A DNA stretch of 64,000 nt. Origin: Hyaloraphidium curvatum SAG 235-1. Taxonomy: Eukaryota; Fungi; Monoblepharomycota. Positions 11,783 to 24,289 of this stretch are shown in pieces (the first letter of the stretch is position 1; every line of letters begins with the position of its first letter). Position numbers and translations under genes: made by a program. The stretch is from positions 186,001 through 250,000 of the forward strand of contig JAIVFI010000007.1 in the NCBI GenBank assembly GCA_025558095.1. The letters are read 5' to 3'. The notes beneath the pieces are model-generated. The model had not been told where the DNA came from and did not search any database. It saw only the letters and a program-made list of their open reading frames with translations.

Positions 11783-13366
11783 ATGCCCACGCCGAGCTCC
11801 ACCTATTGGAACACTTCCGCTTTCGAGTTCCGCGATTTCACTCCCTGGACCTGCTCATCGTGCGCCATCGCGCCGCCGCCTCCGGCATACGTGCCGCCGG
11901 CGGCCGGCCCCCCCCCGCCGCCTCCGCCGGCCCCTGGCCGCCCCCCGCCCGAGCAGCAGCAGCAGTCGCCCGGCCAGCAGCAGCGGTCGTCCGAGCCAAA
12001 TGAACATCAGCCCGCGACACGCTCCCCTCCCGTGCCTATCCCGGTGCCGCCGGCGCCCGGGACTTCGCCGGAGGCCATCCTGGACTACGTGCTGAGCCCT
12101 GTCGTCTCCCTCTACGATGTGCTGGGGGTCCGCCCCGACGCGTCGGTGGGAGAGATCAGGCGAGCATACCTGAGCCGCAGCAAGGATTGCCATCCGGACC
12201 GGATGCTCGCCCAGAGCCCGACGGCCGTTGCGACAAGCCCCAGCACCACCCCCGGCTCCCCGCCGCGGAAGCGCGCCGCCGAGCCCATGGACCCGGACGT
12301 CAAGCGTCGCAACTCGAGCAGCTCCGAATCGAGCTGCGAGACTGCCTACGCCGAGGCTTGTCCGGGATCCCCCGCCTCGGACACCACCTCGGCCAGATCA
12401 CTCACGCCCACCGAGCCGGAGTCGGCCTCGGACACCGAGCAGAACAGCGATGACTGCAGCGCCAAGGTAATGTTCTCGCGGTGCCGCGGGCGTCAGTCGG
12501 ATCTGGCTCCAAGGCTTCTTGCTGATATGATCCCCCTTCCCGTGATCAGGCCACCGCCGCCTTCCAACGCCTTGCGTTTGCCTACGAAACTCTGCGCGAT
12601 CCCGGCGCCCGGCGTCGATACGATCTCCACGGAGAGGATGCTTTTTCGGGGGATGTCGACGAGGGGTACGGCGAGTTTTGGTGGTGGGGCGACTGGGTGG
12701 GACGGAACGGCGAGGAAGAGGAAGTCGCCGAGGCGGATGAGGGACCAAGCGTCGCCGAAGAGATCTTCGGCAGCGCGGTGAAGCAGGTGGGTTCGCTTTA
12801 CTCGGGCAGCTGGTCGCCGACTGATCAACGCCTTCCCCCTACTTCTCTGATCGCTTTCGGTGTCTCGATATCAGCTCTACGAGGACTTCTTCTCCACTTC
12901 CTTCGATCAGATCATGGCCGCCATCGACATCGTCCACCGCCTGAACCCCCAGCTGGACTTTTCGCGGGAGAAGCTCACGCGCTTCCTCCTCCGCCTGCGC
13001 GATCTCGCGGCCCTGTCGTCGCAGTCGCTCGCCTCGGGCCTGTTCGCCTCGGTCCACCGCGAGGTGTACCGCCTGTCGGAGCTGAGGGACGAGTGGGCCT
13101 CGCTGAGCTGGTGGGACATTGGCGGGCAGCTGCGGGTCGGGATCGAGATGGGTCGGGCGCTTGTCAAGGTTGGTCTCCTGCCGCCCATTGAGTCTGGCTA
13201 CTTCCGCTTACATTGTTCAAAGATCTACGGCCGCGTGGCGGCGGAAGCCCGGATGCGGGGCATCGACGTCGAAGAGGCGATCGACGCGGCGGCGGTGGTC
13301 GGGCTTGCCGTGTCGCCGCGTGGCAGATTGCGGATGGGCAACGGCATGCCGATTGTAGTCACATGA
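11783..13366 (+). CDS. DnaJ/J-domain protein with Pro-rich N-terminus and a long insertion in the J domain
   Basis: SLYDVLGVRPDASVGEIRRAYLSRSKDCHPD ... (intron 12467-12550) ATAAFQRLAFAYETLRDPGARRRYD. Confidence 0.85.
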
Positions 13367-13611
13367 TGGTCGAACGGAGGGGCGGGAGAGAAGATTTGGA
13401 GAGGGAGGGACAGGGACCTGGATACCGCATTTTGGGCGATTCGGCTTTGCTTTCAGGATTCATGATTACCCTTTTATCAGCTTGGCATCGTGGTGGACTC
13501 TTTTGCTGGCTCTGTGGCATGCACATTGTACCTGAACACGGAATCAAGAGCGTTCTTAATGTCGACCCAAATTGCTCGTCGCGACGTGGAAGAGCCGGAC
13601 TGTATTGCAAT

Positions 13612-14187
13612 TCAGACGTCCACATCTATCTTCTTCGAAGCCCCGTCGAGCTTCCGATTCGCCCGGGAGTTCGTGTATGCCAGGTAAGTGTTCCAGGCCG
13701 TCGCCGTGGTATTGACGACCAAGAGCCTCAAAGGCGGAGGCGTGAAGTAGAAATTTATACACTGCACGGGGACCCACACTGCCCAGTTCGCCACAATGGT
13801 CGACGGAAAAGTTTCCTTGAGCTTGAGCCACAGGTCCGGAAGCTTGCGGCCTTCGAGGAGGCCCATCTGCACAAAGTACGCGGAAACGAAAACTGGCGTG
13901 AAAACCAGCTGGTCCAAAGCTACCCGCGCGAGCAGTTGAGGCAGAGGATCGCGGAGGACGACGCGTCTGTTGAGCTGCCCGTACCAGGTGGACAGCATGG
14001 GTCCGGCGGAGAGGCCTCCAAATAACAGCGACCTCAGCGTCCTCCGGTAGTCGTGGTGCGGAGTCCGCTCCACCAGGTGCTGCGAAAGCGCGTCTCCGAG
14101 CCCGAACATAAATGCAGTCATGGCGGCCTCTGTCGGGAGTGGGTGCGACGTTGCCAAAGCCCGGTACCGCCGCAGAATGGCGGCCAT
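13612..14187 (-). CDS. Mpv17/PMP22 family membrane protein (SYM1-like), intronless
   Basis: GDALSQ, DYRRTLR, RVALDQLVFTP, ANWAVWVPVQCINF, WNTYLAY motifs. Confidence 0.93.
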   Translation of the reverse strand: MAAILRRYRALATSHPLPTEAAMTAFMFGLGDALSQHLVERTPHHDYRRTLRSLLFGGLSAGPMLSTWYGQLNRRVVLRDPLPQLLARVALDQLVFTPVFVSAYFVQMGLLEGRKLPDLWLKLKETFPSTIVANWAVWVPVQCINFYFTPPPLRLLVVNTTATAWNTYLAYTNSRANRKLDGASKKIDVDV

Positions 14188-14322
14188 GTCTGCCACGTGG
14201 AAAGCGGGATCAAAAGAAACGAGTCCAGAATAGGTTCTCTTGTAGCGCAAGCGATGCGGCGTCGGCGAGTGGCCGGTGCGGTCGTCCCGCAGGGTCGTCC
14301 CACACCGTCGGTTTATTTACCC

Positions 14323-15318
14323 ATGCTTCCGACCCTGGACGCCGCCCTCCTCGCGGCGCTGGCGCGGCTATTCTACCTCGTAGCGACTCTTCTGGTTGTT
14401 GCGACGGCGTCTTTTCCCCGGACTCGCGATGTCCTCGTTCATTACGGCAAGCTGCTCTCGCCGGACACTGTGACCCGCGCCCCGCGAGGTCTTTTCGGCT
14501 TTCCGCTGAACTGGAGGGTGCCGAAGACGTGGTTCACGCACTTCTATGCCTTTGGACTGGCATGGTTCGGCTACACCGCGTGGGAGCTCGCGTCCGTGGT
14601 ATGCGGGCCACCGTTCATCGGCGGAGCACCTCTGCTTCGCTTGGTGCTCCGCAACGACGTCGCGGGCCTGAAAGCCGATCCGAGCCTGTTTCATGAAAAG
14701 CCAGCGGGACCTACTCCACCAGCTGCTTTGGTTGCCTCAGTGCTCATGACCTTCCAAATGGCCCGACGGCTGCTCGAGTCGCTCCTGCTCATGAGACCTT
14801 CACCGGCCCTCATGCACGTGGGCCACTATGCCGTGGGCATGGCTTTCTATGCTGTGACCGGGGTGGCGGTGTGGGTGGACTCTGTCGGCTGGCTCGCACG
14901 ATGTCTGGCACGGCACGAGGAGCATTGCGCGCGATCAGCCGTTTCCGAGTTTCTTTCGGAGCCCCGGACTGTTGCGGCGATCGCTCTGTTTGCCTATGGA
15001 TCCATCCAGCAGTACCGCTCGCACGCGATTCTTGCGTCACTCCGCAAGGAGGAAGCGGGCACGGCGCGTAGCCGGTACTCTTTGCCCGAGGCAGGCTCAT
15101 TCAGTGGTCTCGACTGCCCGCATTACTTCTTCGAGATTCTCATATACACTTCTCTTGTTCTCGTGAGCGGAGGCAAAGCGCGGACGTTGTGGTACTGCTT
15201 GCTTTGGGTTGTTGTCAACCTGGGGACCACGGCAGCCGAGACCGGCAAATGGTATGAGGCCAAGTTCGACGCGTACCCGAGAGGCAGGAAGTGGAGGATG
15301 ATTCCATTATTGTGGTGA
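14323..15318 (+). CDS. DFG10: Polyprenol reductase (DFG10/SRD5A3; steroid 5-alpha-reductase family), intronless
   Basis: YGKL, VPKTWFTHFY, RRLLES, MHVGHYAVGMAFY, QYRSHAILASLR, CPHYFFEILIY, KF..YP..R..MIP. Confidence 0.92.
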   Translation: MLPTLDAALLAALARLFYLVATLLVVATASFPRTRDVLVHYGKLLSPDTVTRAPRGLFGFPLNWRVPKTWFTHFYAFGLAWFGYTAWELASVVCGPPFIGGAPLLRLVLRNDVAGLKADPSLFHEKPAGPTPPAALVASVLMTFQMARRLLESLLLMRPSPALMHVGHYAVGMAFYAVTGVAVWVDSVGWLARCLARHEEHCARSAVSEFLSEPRTVAAIALFAYGSIQQYRSHAILASLRKEEAGTARSRYSLPEAGSFSGLDCPHYFFEILIYTSLVLVSGGKARTLWYCLLWVVVNLGTTAAETGKWYEAKFDAYPRGRKWRMIPLLW

Positions 15319-15415
15319 AAGCTGCAATTGATGCTGATTGGGTATCACATACGAGTACGATCTAAAAGGTCATCGTCCCCAAGGGAACACTCCGGTCCCC
15401 GTCCCCGCCTTGCCT

Positions 15416-18400
15416 TCACTCCTCGTCCTCGCTGAAGTCCATCTTGTCGAAAGCCGACAGCTTCCGAAGCGCGGCGAGAACATCGGCGATCGCGTTGGAG
15501 GGAATGCACAGCCCGATCGCCTTGAGCTTTTCGTCGTCCGTGCCCGCCGTGCGAACGATCTTGAGGCGCAGCTTGGAGCTGAGAACCATGGCGCTCTCCA
15601 CCGTCCGCCAGATGGCCATCTGATGATGCGCTTCAATGGAAGCTGCAAAGCGGTCGACAGAGACCCACAATGTTTCCGACAATGAGGTGGTGGCTCCGGA
15701 GCCGCAGCCCAAAGTCGCAGTAACCGTTCGCCTTCTGCATAGCGCACGAGTCCTGCAATGTGATTGATCAGGGCAGGGCCTGCTGCGCACGCGAAGCAGC
15801 ACTACCTTTCCGAGCTTGTGCGTACAGTTCTTGAGGGCGAATTCGTAGCTAACCAAGCATCAGCAGATGCCGAAAGAGAGCGCAAAGCAATGCTCACCGT
15901 TTCGTCCACCTGGCCTGAATCTCTTCGGGACGGACCTTGCGGTAGTTGCGCCTCAAGTCGCCGGCGCTCATCAGGGTGAAGATCTCGCCGACGTTGGGCT
16001 TGTAGATCTGACCAAAAAGAACGGTTTGCAAATGACCGGAGAACGGGGACACGATCGCTTACCTTGAACATCCGGTTGTGCGCCGCGACGGCTGAGGCAA
16101 AGCGTGAGCAAAAGCGACCGGAAGAGGCGTGCGCAAACTCGCCAAGCTGGTACATCTCGTGACCGTTGTGCGTGGAGATATAGAAGCCATCCGCATTATC
16201 GGGTTCCGGGAGATCGTCGAGAATGGACTTGGCCGCCGCAAAGCTCATCCCGCGGTCGCTAACGAGCTCGAAGTACCTCGTTTCCAGGCCGTGGCGCGGA
16301 TCGCGGTAGATCGTGACAATGTCCTTGCCCTCCGCCATCGCCAGGGTCTCGTGGAGGCCGCCGATCGTTTCCACCCCGCGGTCATACTTGTTGTTGCGCT
16401 TTGCCCAAATGAGAACGTGGCGAAGATTCTGCGCAAAGAACTCGAATAGCGGGTTCTGGAACTTCAGAGGCAATCCGAGAAGCCGGTTGAGGAACTGAAA
16501 ACCAGGCTGTCAATGCGGGGCGTTGGGTCCGCGGGCGGAGAAGAGCAGCACCTTGGGAATGTTCTTCACGTCTGCTTCTTTCCCGACCATGTCGAGGCGT
16601 TCGCACAGCAGCGCAAGCCGCTCGAAGAACTGGTCCTCCGTCACGCCTTCGGGAAGCACCTCGGGTGTGAGCCGCTCGCCGCCGGTGTCGAAGTTGGAGC
16701 GGAACGAGTTGCCGACGATGGCCGAGTAAGCCTGCCCCGGAACGATGAATGAGAGCAAGTATGGGATGAAGCGGCATATAGACTCGCCCTCTCGAGAGCG
16801 AGGCGCCCGAACTTGGTGTCGAAGTGAAAGCTGTTCAACGAGATGCCGTTGCTCGCTTTGCGATCGCCTGGAGCACGCGGTTGCTTCAGTAGCGAAGCAC
16901 CATGCGCGGAAGCAAACTCATACCCTTGGTGAGCGCGCCCATGGACGAGAGACGCTTGGCAACGGCGGAAGCAAACCGATTCTCGCCGGCAATCTGCGAA
17001 ATAACCAGGATGTACTCCGGAGCCGACGACTGGTTGCTGCGGTGAGTCCGCCCGAGCTGCACCACCGTCTGAGGAGAACGTCGATGAGAGTGTGCAGGGC
17101 GGAAGATGCGCGGCGGAAGAAGCCCGGCGCACCTTGTCCGCAGCCCAAGCGAGCTCGAGGGTAATGTGCACTCGCCGCTTCTGGTTCTTGACTCTGCGAT
17201 CGGCCTGCAGGGAAATGCCCGCGGAGGCGGCGTCGCTGATGATGGCGATGTCCTGGATGGCCGCAACGCTTTGTTAGGGCAAATCAGCACGGATGCACGA
17301 AGTGCGCACCTTCTTGCCAGCCATGAAAGCGGCCTTCTCTGTTGAAGGCGTTCAGCAACGACGGAAGATCGGTGGAGCAATCGCAACAAACCGGCGAGGT
17401 TCATGTTGTCCAGCGTGACCCCCTTATCTTTTCCGTACCGCTTCTCGTAGACGATTCTGCCCCTGCTGTTCTTGATGGCCCGCATCTTGCGCCCCGTCAG
17501 CTCCGCAACTTCGGCCGGGCCTCCAAGTTCGATGACGAGCTGGCAAAAGCGGTGAGCAAGGGCAATTGCAAGCGAGTTCATCACTCGGAGCTGACCTGAT
17601 CAAGAGCATTGTCCGGAAGATTGATCTTGTCCGTCCTTGTGGGTTGTCGCGTCAGAATGATCGGGCAAGAATGTACGCAGCCAAGCTCACTTTTCCAGGA
17701 GATCGCACAAGGACTCGAAGAAGGGAAGCTGCTCCAGAGCTTGCTTGGACCCCAGCGCCTTGTACAGCGGCTTGAGCTGACGATCCAGGTTGACTCTGCG
17801 CTTCTGCGGGGGTTTGGCCGGCCGAGGAGCGGACACGTCGCTGTCGTCCTCGGATTCCAGAGCCGCCACGCGCTTGCGAGGATGCCAGATGGGTGCGTCG
17901 GAGCTTTCGGAATCGCTGGCCAGCTTGCGTTTGGCGTCCGACGGCTCCTGCTTCACGACCTCCATCTTGACGTCCTTCGGCTTCCGCCGGGGCTGCTCGT
18001 CTTCGCCGGTCTCCGAGTCAGAGCTGGAGCTGGCCATTTTGGACTTCTGCGCACGGCTCGGCCGCGGACGGTAGTCCTCTTCGTCCGAGTCCGGAATGAG
18101 GATGACGTCGCTGTCGCTGTCGAAGTTGACCTTTTCGTCCTTCACCTCCTTCTTGACCTTGTCGGCCTTCTCGGACTTGATGCGACCGCCAGAGCTGCGA
18201 GAGGAAGGCCGCCGCGTGCTGGCGGAACTCGCGGAACGGTCATCACCGCTCATGGATTCGGCTTCGTCCTCGAAGTCGGACGAGCCCGAGGTTCCGCTCT
18301 CATCGCCAGAGTCCTCGGAGTCGTTTTCGGTCTTGATGGATGCGACTGGGCGGCGGCGCAGCTTGCGGGCCGGACGCTTAGCCCTCGAAGACGCCGCAGA

Positions 18401-21400
18401 ACCCGAATCGGAGTCGTAGGAGTCGTCACCCTCGGAGCCGTCGGAGCCGTCGCCGTCCGAGTCTTCGTCATCCGGGTATCCGTCGAGGTCGAGGTCATCG
18501 TCCGAAGACCCCACCTCCTTGTCGGGCACGAAGCACTTGCGGAAGAACCAGATGAGCAGGCGGATGATCGACTCCTTGGGCGACGACACAAGGCCTTCCA
18601 AATCAGGTTCCTCGGCCAGCCTCTTGGCGGTGTTGGCTTCGCCGGTGTTCTGCAGTCCGATCACGACGGCCTTGCCGTCCTCGAGTGCTTTCTTGGAGAT
18701 CTCGATCACGGCGGGAACCTAGAGGCAAGGCCGTGAGCACTCCGTACGCAATGCGCTGGCTTTACCGGGGTTACGCGCCTTCGACGATATGACCAAATAT
18801 CGGAAGAACCGCTGACGGATTCGGTTAGTGCAGCCACTGGTGCGGCGAAACTGGCGCACACCTGATGGGAGCCCCAGAAAAGGCGAGTCATGACGCTGAG
18901 CGCCTTGCCGTCCAAACCAGTGGTGTTGGCCGATGCCCACTTGAAAAGCACGTCCTTTAGATCGAGCCAAAGGTCCACGGAGGCGTCGTAGTCGAGGACC
19001 GAGGGGTCGTGCGGGATGTTGATCACCTCGAACGAGGCCGTGGCGTAGGAAAGCGTCCGGGCCAAATAGCTGCCAGTGGACTTCAAGTCCAACGCTTTTG
19101 CAATGGCAATGGTTATGGTTGGTGAAGAGCTGCGGGTTCACGCTCGCGGCCTCGCTCACCTAAGCATTCCTGTTGATGTGACAATCAGCGATGCAACCGT
19201 GAGCTTTGCGGAAGCACCAACCATGGCACCCGACCCCCTCTTTTCCACGTTCTCGTAGAATTCCTTGAATCCGGTCGGAAAGCTGGTGCCAGGTCCCCAG
19301 AGGCCAAGTCGTGACCCGGGGAAAGAGGTGTCCGTTAGCAAAGTCGGCAACAAGACCCTCGCAGCTCAGGCAGCTCACATGTAAGCCAGGTTCCTCGTTT
19401 CGGAGACCCCAGTGGCGGAGACGTAAACGACGCGGGCCTTCTTGAGCCGCTCCTGCGTTACCGAGATGCAAACGTCAGCAACGTTTCCGACCCGCCCCGG
19501 AAGCCGCACTTGAATAGCCGCGATGACGATCCCGGTCTGCGTAGCACCGGTCTTGGTGTTCTTCTTCGCCGCTTGTCCTTTGCCCCGTCCGGCTTCGTCG
19601 ATGAGCTGCTGCACGACGTCGACGCCCTCGGGCAGATCGACTCCCTCGTCGTCCTTGGACACGGCAGCGTGCTTCTTCCCGGGCGGGACGAGGTTCTTGG
19701 CCTTGTGCCTGTTTCGAAGGCGTCAAATCATGCAAGCGCCAAGAAGCCCGCCGACACTCACGATTCGTCGAAGATGAGGAGCCCATCAAAGTCCTCCCCG
19801 CCCAGCCACTCGATGACCTGTTCCAGCCGAGAATCCATCATCTTGCCCTTGCCCTTCTTGCTCTGCGTGCGAGCCTGGCGCTTGGCGATCAGCGAGGAGT
19901 AGGTCGAGAAGAGGACGCCATTCCAGTTTCCAAGGCGCTGCACGTCGCGAGCCATTGCGGAGCAGACAGACAGTCAGCGTTGGAGGTGATGAGCGGAGCG
20001 CCCAATAAGACGAACCTCGTATGACAGCTTGGCGATGTTGGTCACCGAAATGTGGTTCGCTGCCGAGCACAGGTTAAGCATCGATTGCGTCGAATGCAGC
20101 GCATGTGAAGCACTGCCCACCTCCAATATCAGAAAGGTCACGTCTTGCGTCTTGATACAAGTCAGCCGAAACACTGACCCAAAGAGCGCGTTTCCTGCCG
20201 TGCAGATGGTTTTCGTAGATGATTCCTGAATGCCAGCGAGGATGAGAAGACCACGCGATCGGAAAGGCTTCAGCGAAACCGACCGGCAATCGTCCGTCCT
20301 TTGCCGACACCTGTGCCAGCACGGGACTGATTATCAGGACACGGCTGGAGATGCTCTCGCGAGGGCGCACCTGCTCCGTCGCCCACAGCGAAGCCTGCAC
20401 GCGACTTGTTATCGGGACACATCTGGAGATGTTTTTGCGAGGCGTAGACAACACTGAGTGGAAGAACAAAGAAGGTCAGACGATACATCTAGGCCAAAGC
20501 ACTGAACAAGCAGCGGCGGACCAACCTCTCGAGCTGGATCTTCGACAGAGCACCCGTTTCTACGAGCTTGGCACGAACTTTTTCGTCGGAGTAAAGCTTC
20601 GGCACGTATGTGATCGGCGGGGGAGGGCAAGAAGCGAGCGAGGCCGCTTCGACCTGATGTTGCACGAGTTAGCGCAGAAAGCTCGAAGCCTCAGCACTCC
20701 CACCAAAGGGTCCGGATGGTCCAGGCCGTACGGAAGGCTGGACTGATAAACGGCGTAGCGCTGGCAAAGAACCATTAGATAATGGACAGGGCTTCCAATC
20801 GCGTGGCCTCGCACCTGGAGGTCTTCGAGCTCATCTTCAACGTCGATCTCCTCCTCGTCGACGTGCTCGTCCGACCCGGCAGCGGCAGCGCCTTTGGCGG
20901 CTGTAGATGCAGTCTTTGGCGCTTGAGCCTGCGCGGCGGCTGCGGTGGCGCCTGCGTTGGTGGATGGTGTCGCGGTCGGCATCAAAGGAGTGCCGTGACG
21001 GGCTTGACCGGGGGCTGGGACGCTGCCTTGACGCGACTTGGGCCTGGACGCCATGTCCTTGAGGCTGAAGTCCTTGTTCGCCCAGAGATCCGCGATTGAT
21101 GCTTGCGCCTTGGGTCGGTTGCTGTTCTTGAGCCGGTTCTGCGCAACACCCCCGGCGGACAGGGCATGCGGTAGATTGGCGGCTTGGGTCGCAGGGCGCT
21201 GCGCTGCCTGGGGAGCGGGCACCGTTGCCGCCTGCGCAGGGGGCGGGAGGAACGTCGCCGCCGGGACTGGCATCGGTGAGGCGTTGACGGCCCCCGGGAA
21301 CGCTGCTGCCGCTTCGTCCGCCGCCTTCTTGGCGTGATACGACTCGAGCATGATCCGAATCTCGGCTGGGGACATGTCGGCGAGCAGGGCGGCGACGTCG

Positions 21401-21420
21401 TTCTCCTTTTCGCCCACCAT
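15416..21420 (-). CDS. SBNO: Strawberry notch homolog (AAA_34 + Helicase_C_4), many introns
   Basis: GFAVGDGA|[133 protein letters not shown]. Confidence 0.93.
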
Positions 21421-22212
21421 CCTGGAAGGTCACCGCCCGCGTCGAAAAAAGGCGCGAGGGGGCACGGCGTGTAAAAAAGGTGTTCCGAATGAGCGAATCA
21501 TGTGCTCCGCTCACCTGGCGTCCGGCGAGAAGGGGCAGAACCACAGGCGGTGGGGCTGCGGTCACGGGGGCGTTCAGGCACGTTGGAGCGTCGGGGCGGG
21601 GCGCCGAGGCTACGCAGCTTACCTGTCTTTCAGTTCCGCTTCACGATGGCCATTCGCCGGCGGGGCACGGCTCGTCGCTTGTCCGCACCGGTGTGGTGTC
21701 ACAGAGGTTGAGGAGTTGAAGGCGGAGGTTGCCATCACGATCCACTCCAAACCCCTCCAACTGGGCTGAATCTCGGTCGAACTGCACGATATTCTTCGTA
21801 GATTTCGGCAGTGCATTAGCAGGGAGCAATTGGCAGTAAAACTCGGCACCTTCTTACACGCGATCGCTGACGTCACCGCGTGGCTTCAACCCTCGGTACC
21901 CTTCCATCCTGGATGGTGGGAAGATTTGCAACGAAACATTGTCGACTGCGCGATGCTCGCATCTCAATAGCTGCCTCTCGTGCGTGGCCGGCACAGTCCG
22001 GCCTTCGAACGGTTCGGGGCTGGCTGCGGAGCTCTCCATTGTCTGTGTCTGCAATCCTGGACTTTCGGAGCGCAGAATCTACTCGGTCAAGAGCGAAGCG
22101 CCAATTTACGCGAAGGCCGGACGCGATTGACGCGATTTCGAAGTCGTATGTTGAAGTCGCTTGGTCGCGCGGCGACGCGTCGCTTAAGAGAAAGGGGGGA
22201 ACTCTTGTCGAC

Positions 22213-24184
22213 ATGGCCGTCCTCGCACCTCTGTTGCTCTACGGCATTCTTGCTTTCGTCGCTCTCGCTCTCACGGCCATAGCTTTGGTCTTCGGCTTCG
22301 TGGCGCTGCAGGCCTACTATTCGACGCGGCCAGACCTTCCGACGGCGATACCGGCTGACGGAAGCGCTAAAAGCAGGCGGGAAGCTACCGATAAGGACAT
22401 CTGGGATTGCATCGTGGTCGGTCCGTAGCTTGCTCGTGCTTTGCTTTGGGATTCGCCTGAACTCCCGTTCGTTTCATGTTTCTTCTGCTTCTGGATTACA
22501 AGGGGCCGGTCCCTCAGGGTCGACCTTCGCTTGGGACCTGAAGCGAAAGAATCCGAGTCTGAAGATCTTGCTTCTCGAAAGGGCCGTGTTTCCGAGGCGC
22601 AAGTACTGCGGAGATGCCGCGAGTATCGACCTGTTTGCCGCTGCGAATGCAAGGCTGACGTGTGGTGTCGGTTTCAGTGGTGCGAGAAGGCGCTGGTCAT
22701 TTTGGACGAGATGGGGATCTTGAAGAAGCTCGAGGATCCAGGTGCTTTCCTATCATGGCCTCCGCTCACGCTGTTGCTCATGGCGACCTTGACAGCATCC
22801 TTTGCTTCTTCGCTGCCCCCTGGCATCGATTTGGAGGCCTACAAGGCGGCGGGCTTCGAGCCCGGAAAACCTCTGGCGCGCAGGGTGCGATCGGGAGGCT
22901 TCGTATCCCCGTCGGGCATCCGCTGCATCAACGACAAGGACGACTCGGACGCGTACGGCACGACGACGCCCATCCGGACCTACGCCATCAAGCGCTTTGT
23001 CATCGACGAGTGGATCGCAAAGACGGCCAGGTCGGTCGGCGCGGAGCTCGTCGAGGGGTGCGAGGTCGGGGAGGCCAGGCTGGACAAGGAGTCGGGGATC
23101 TGGACCGTGTCGGAGAAGAAGGGAACCGGGGCGGGTGCGAACGGGACCGACCCGCATCACGAGGTGGAGCTGGAGACGGGCGACCAGGGCTCCGCGGCTG
23201 CCGCCGCGGCCGGAGGACGGACCTTTAAAGGACGGCTGCTCGTGATTGCCGATGGCTCGACCTCGTACCTCGCCCAGAAGCTCGGCCTCGTCAAGAGCCA
23301 GCCCGACTCCGTGTGCAGCCACTCGTATTATGTTCCCGGGGAAAAGGGGAACGCGGGGGAAGTGGAAACGTCGGCCGACGGGGTCATGCTCTTCTCGCAA
23401 TCGGTGCTTCCCGGCTACAGTGCCTGTTTCCGGCACAGCTCCGGGGACGTGAGTTGTTTCAGTGATCCGAGCCTGTCTTACGCCTGGGTGCTGACATGAG
23501 CTATCGCCGTAGATATACCTCGGAACGTACATCCTTCCCGGCGGGCAAGCGCGGCCGCGCTGGATCAAGCCGTTCGAGGATACCCTGGTGTCCGAAAACG
23601 TCTACGCCCGCTCCCTATACAGCGGCGGCAAATGGCGCGAATCCAAGAAGCTCGCCCCGATCCGGTGCTACACTGGGGACCGCAGCGAACGCTCGTACGG
23701 CGACAGGGTGCTCGTGATTGGCGACGCGGCGGGGCAGGTGGACCCGCTGACCGGGGAGGGCATACACACGGCCATGGTCGCCGCGAGGCTCGCTGCCCAG
23801 ACCGCCGCGGAGATGTTTTCGGCCGGCAGGTTCGACGAGGCCGCGACGGCGGTGTACGAGCGGCGCTGGGCTGCGGAGATGGGGCCCGAGTTCTTCTATT
23901 CCCGGGTCATGGCGTGGATTCTTTACCATTTCCCTTGGGTTCTCGACTGCATGGCCACCGTGGGAGTCCGGAGGAAGCAGGAGTTCCTGGATCACTACGG
24001 AGAAGCCATGACAGGGCAAAAAAGCAAGATCGAACTGCTTCGATGGCGTGATATTGTCGAGATCATACCGGAGATGATAAGGAGGCTCGTGACTGGGCAG
24101 GTCGCCAGCGACGTGGAAGTCGTTCCAGGCTACATGGACGCCGGCGCAAAGCTTGAAGCCATGTTTTCGCGCAAGGGACGGTAG
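22213..24184 (+). CDS. FAD-dependent oxidoreductase of the geranylgeranyl-reductase family with N-terminal TM anchor (about 4 introns)
   Basis: DCIVVG|AGPSGS, LLERAVFPRRKYCGDA, IADGSTS, GDAAGQVDPLTGEGIHTAM; hydrophobic residues 3-35. Confidence 0.88.
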
Positions 24185-24289
24185 CTGAGCCGGAAGCGGA
24201 GAACGGGTAGGAGTGGTGTTGGAGAAGCCTTTACCTCGCTGGCACCGCTGTGACTCTACATTGGTGCGCGGACGGACACTGACTCTAAC

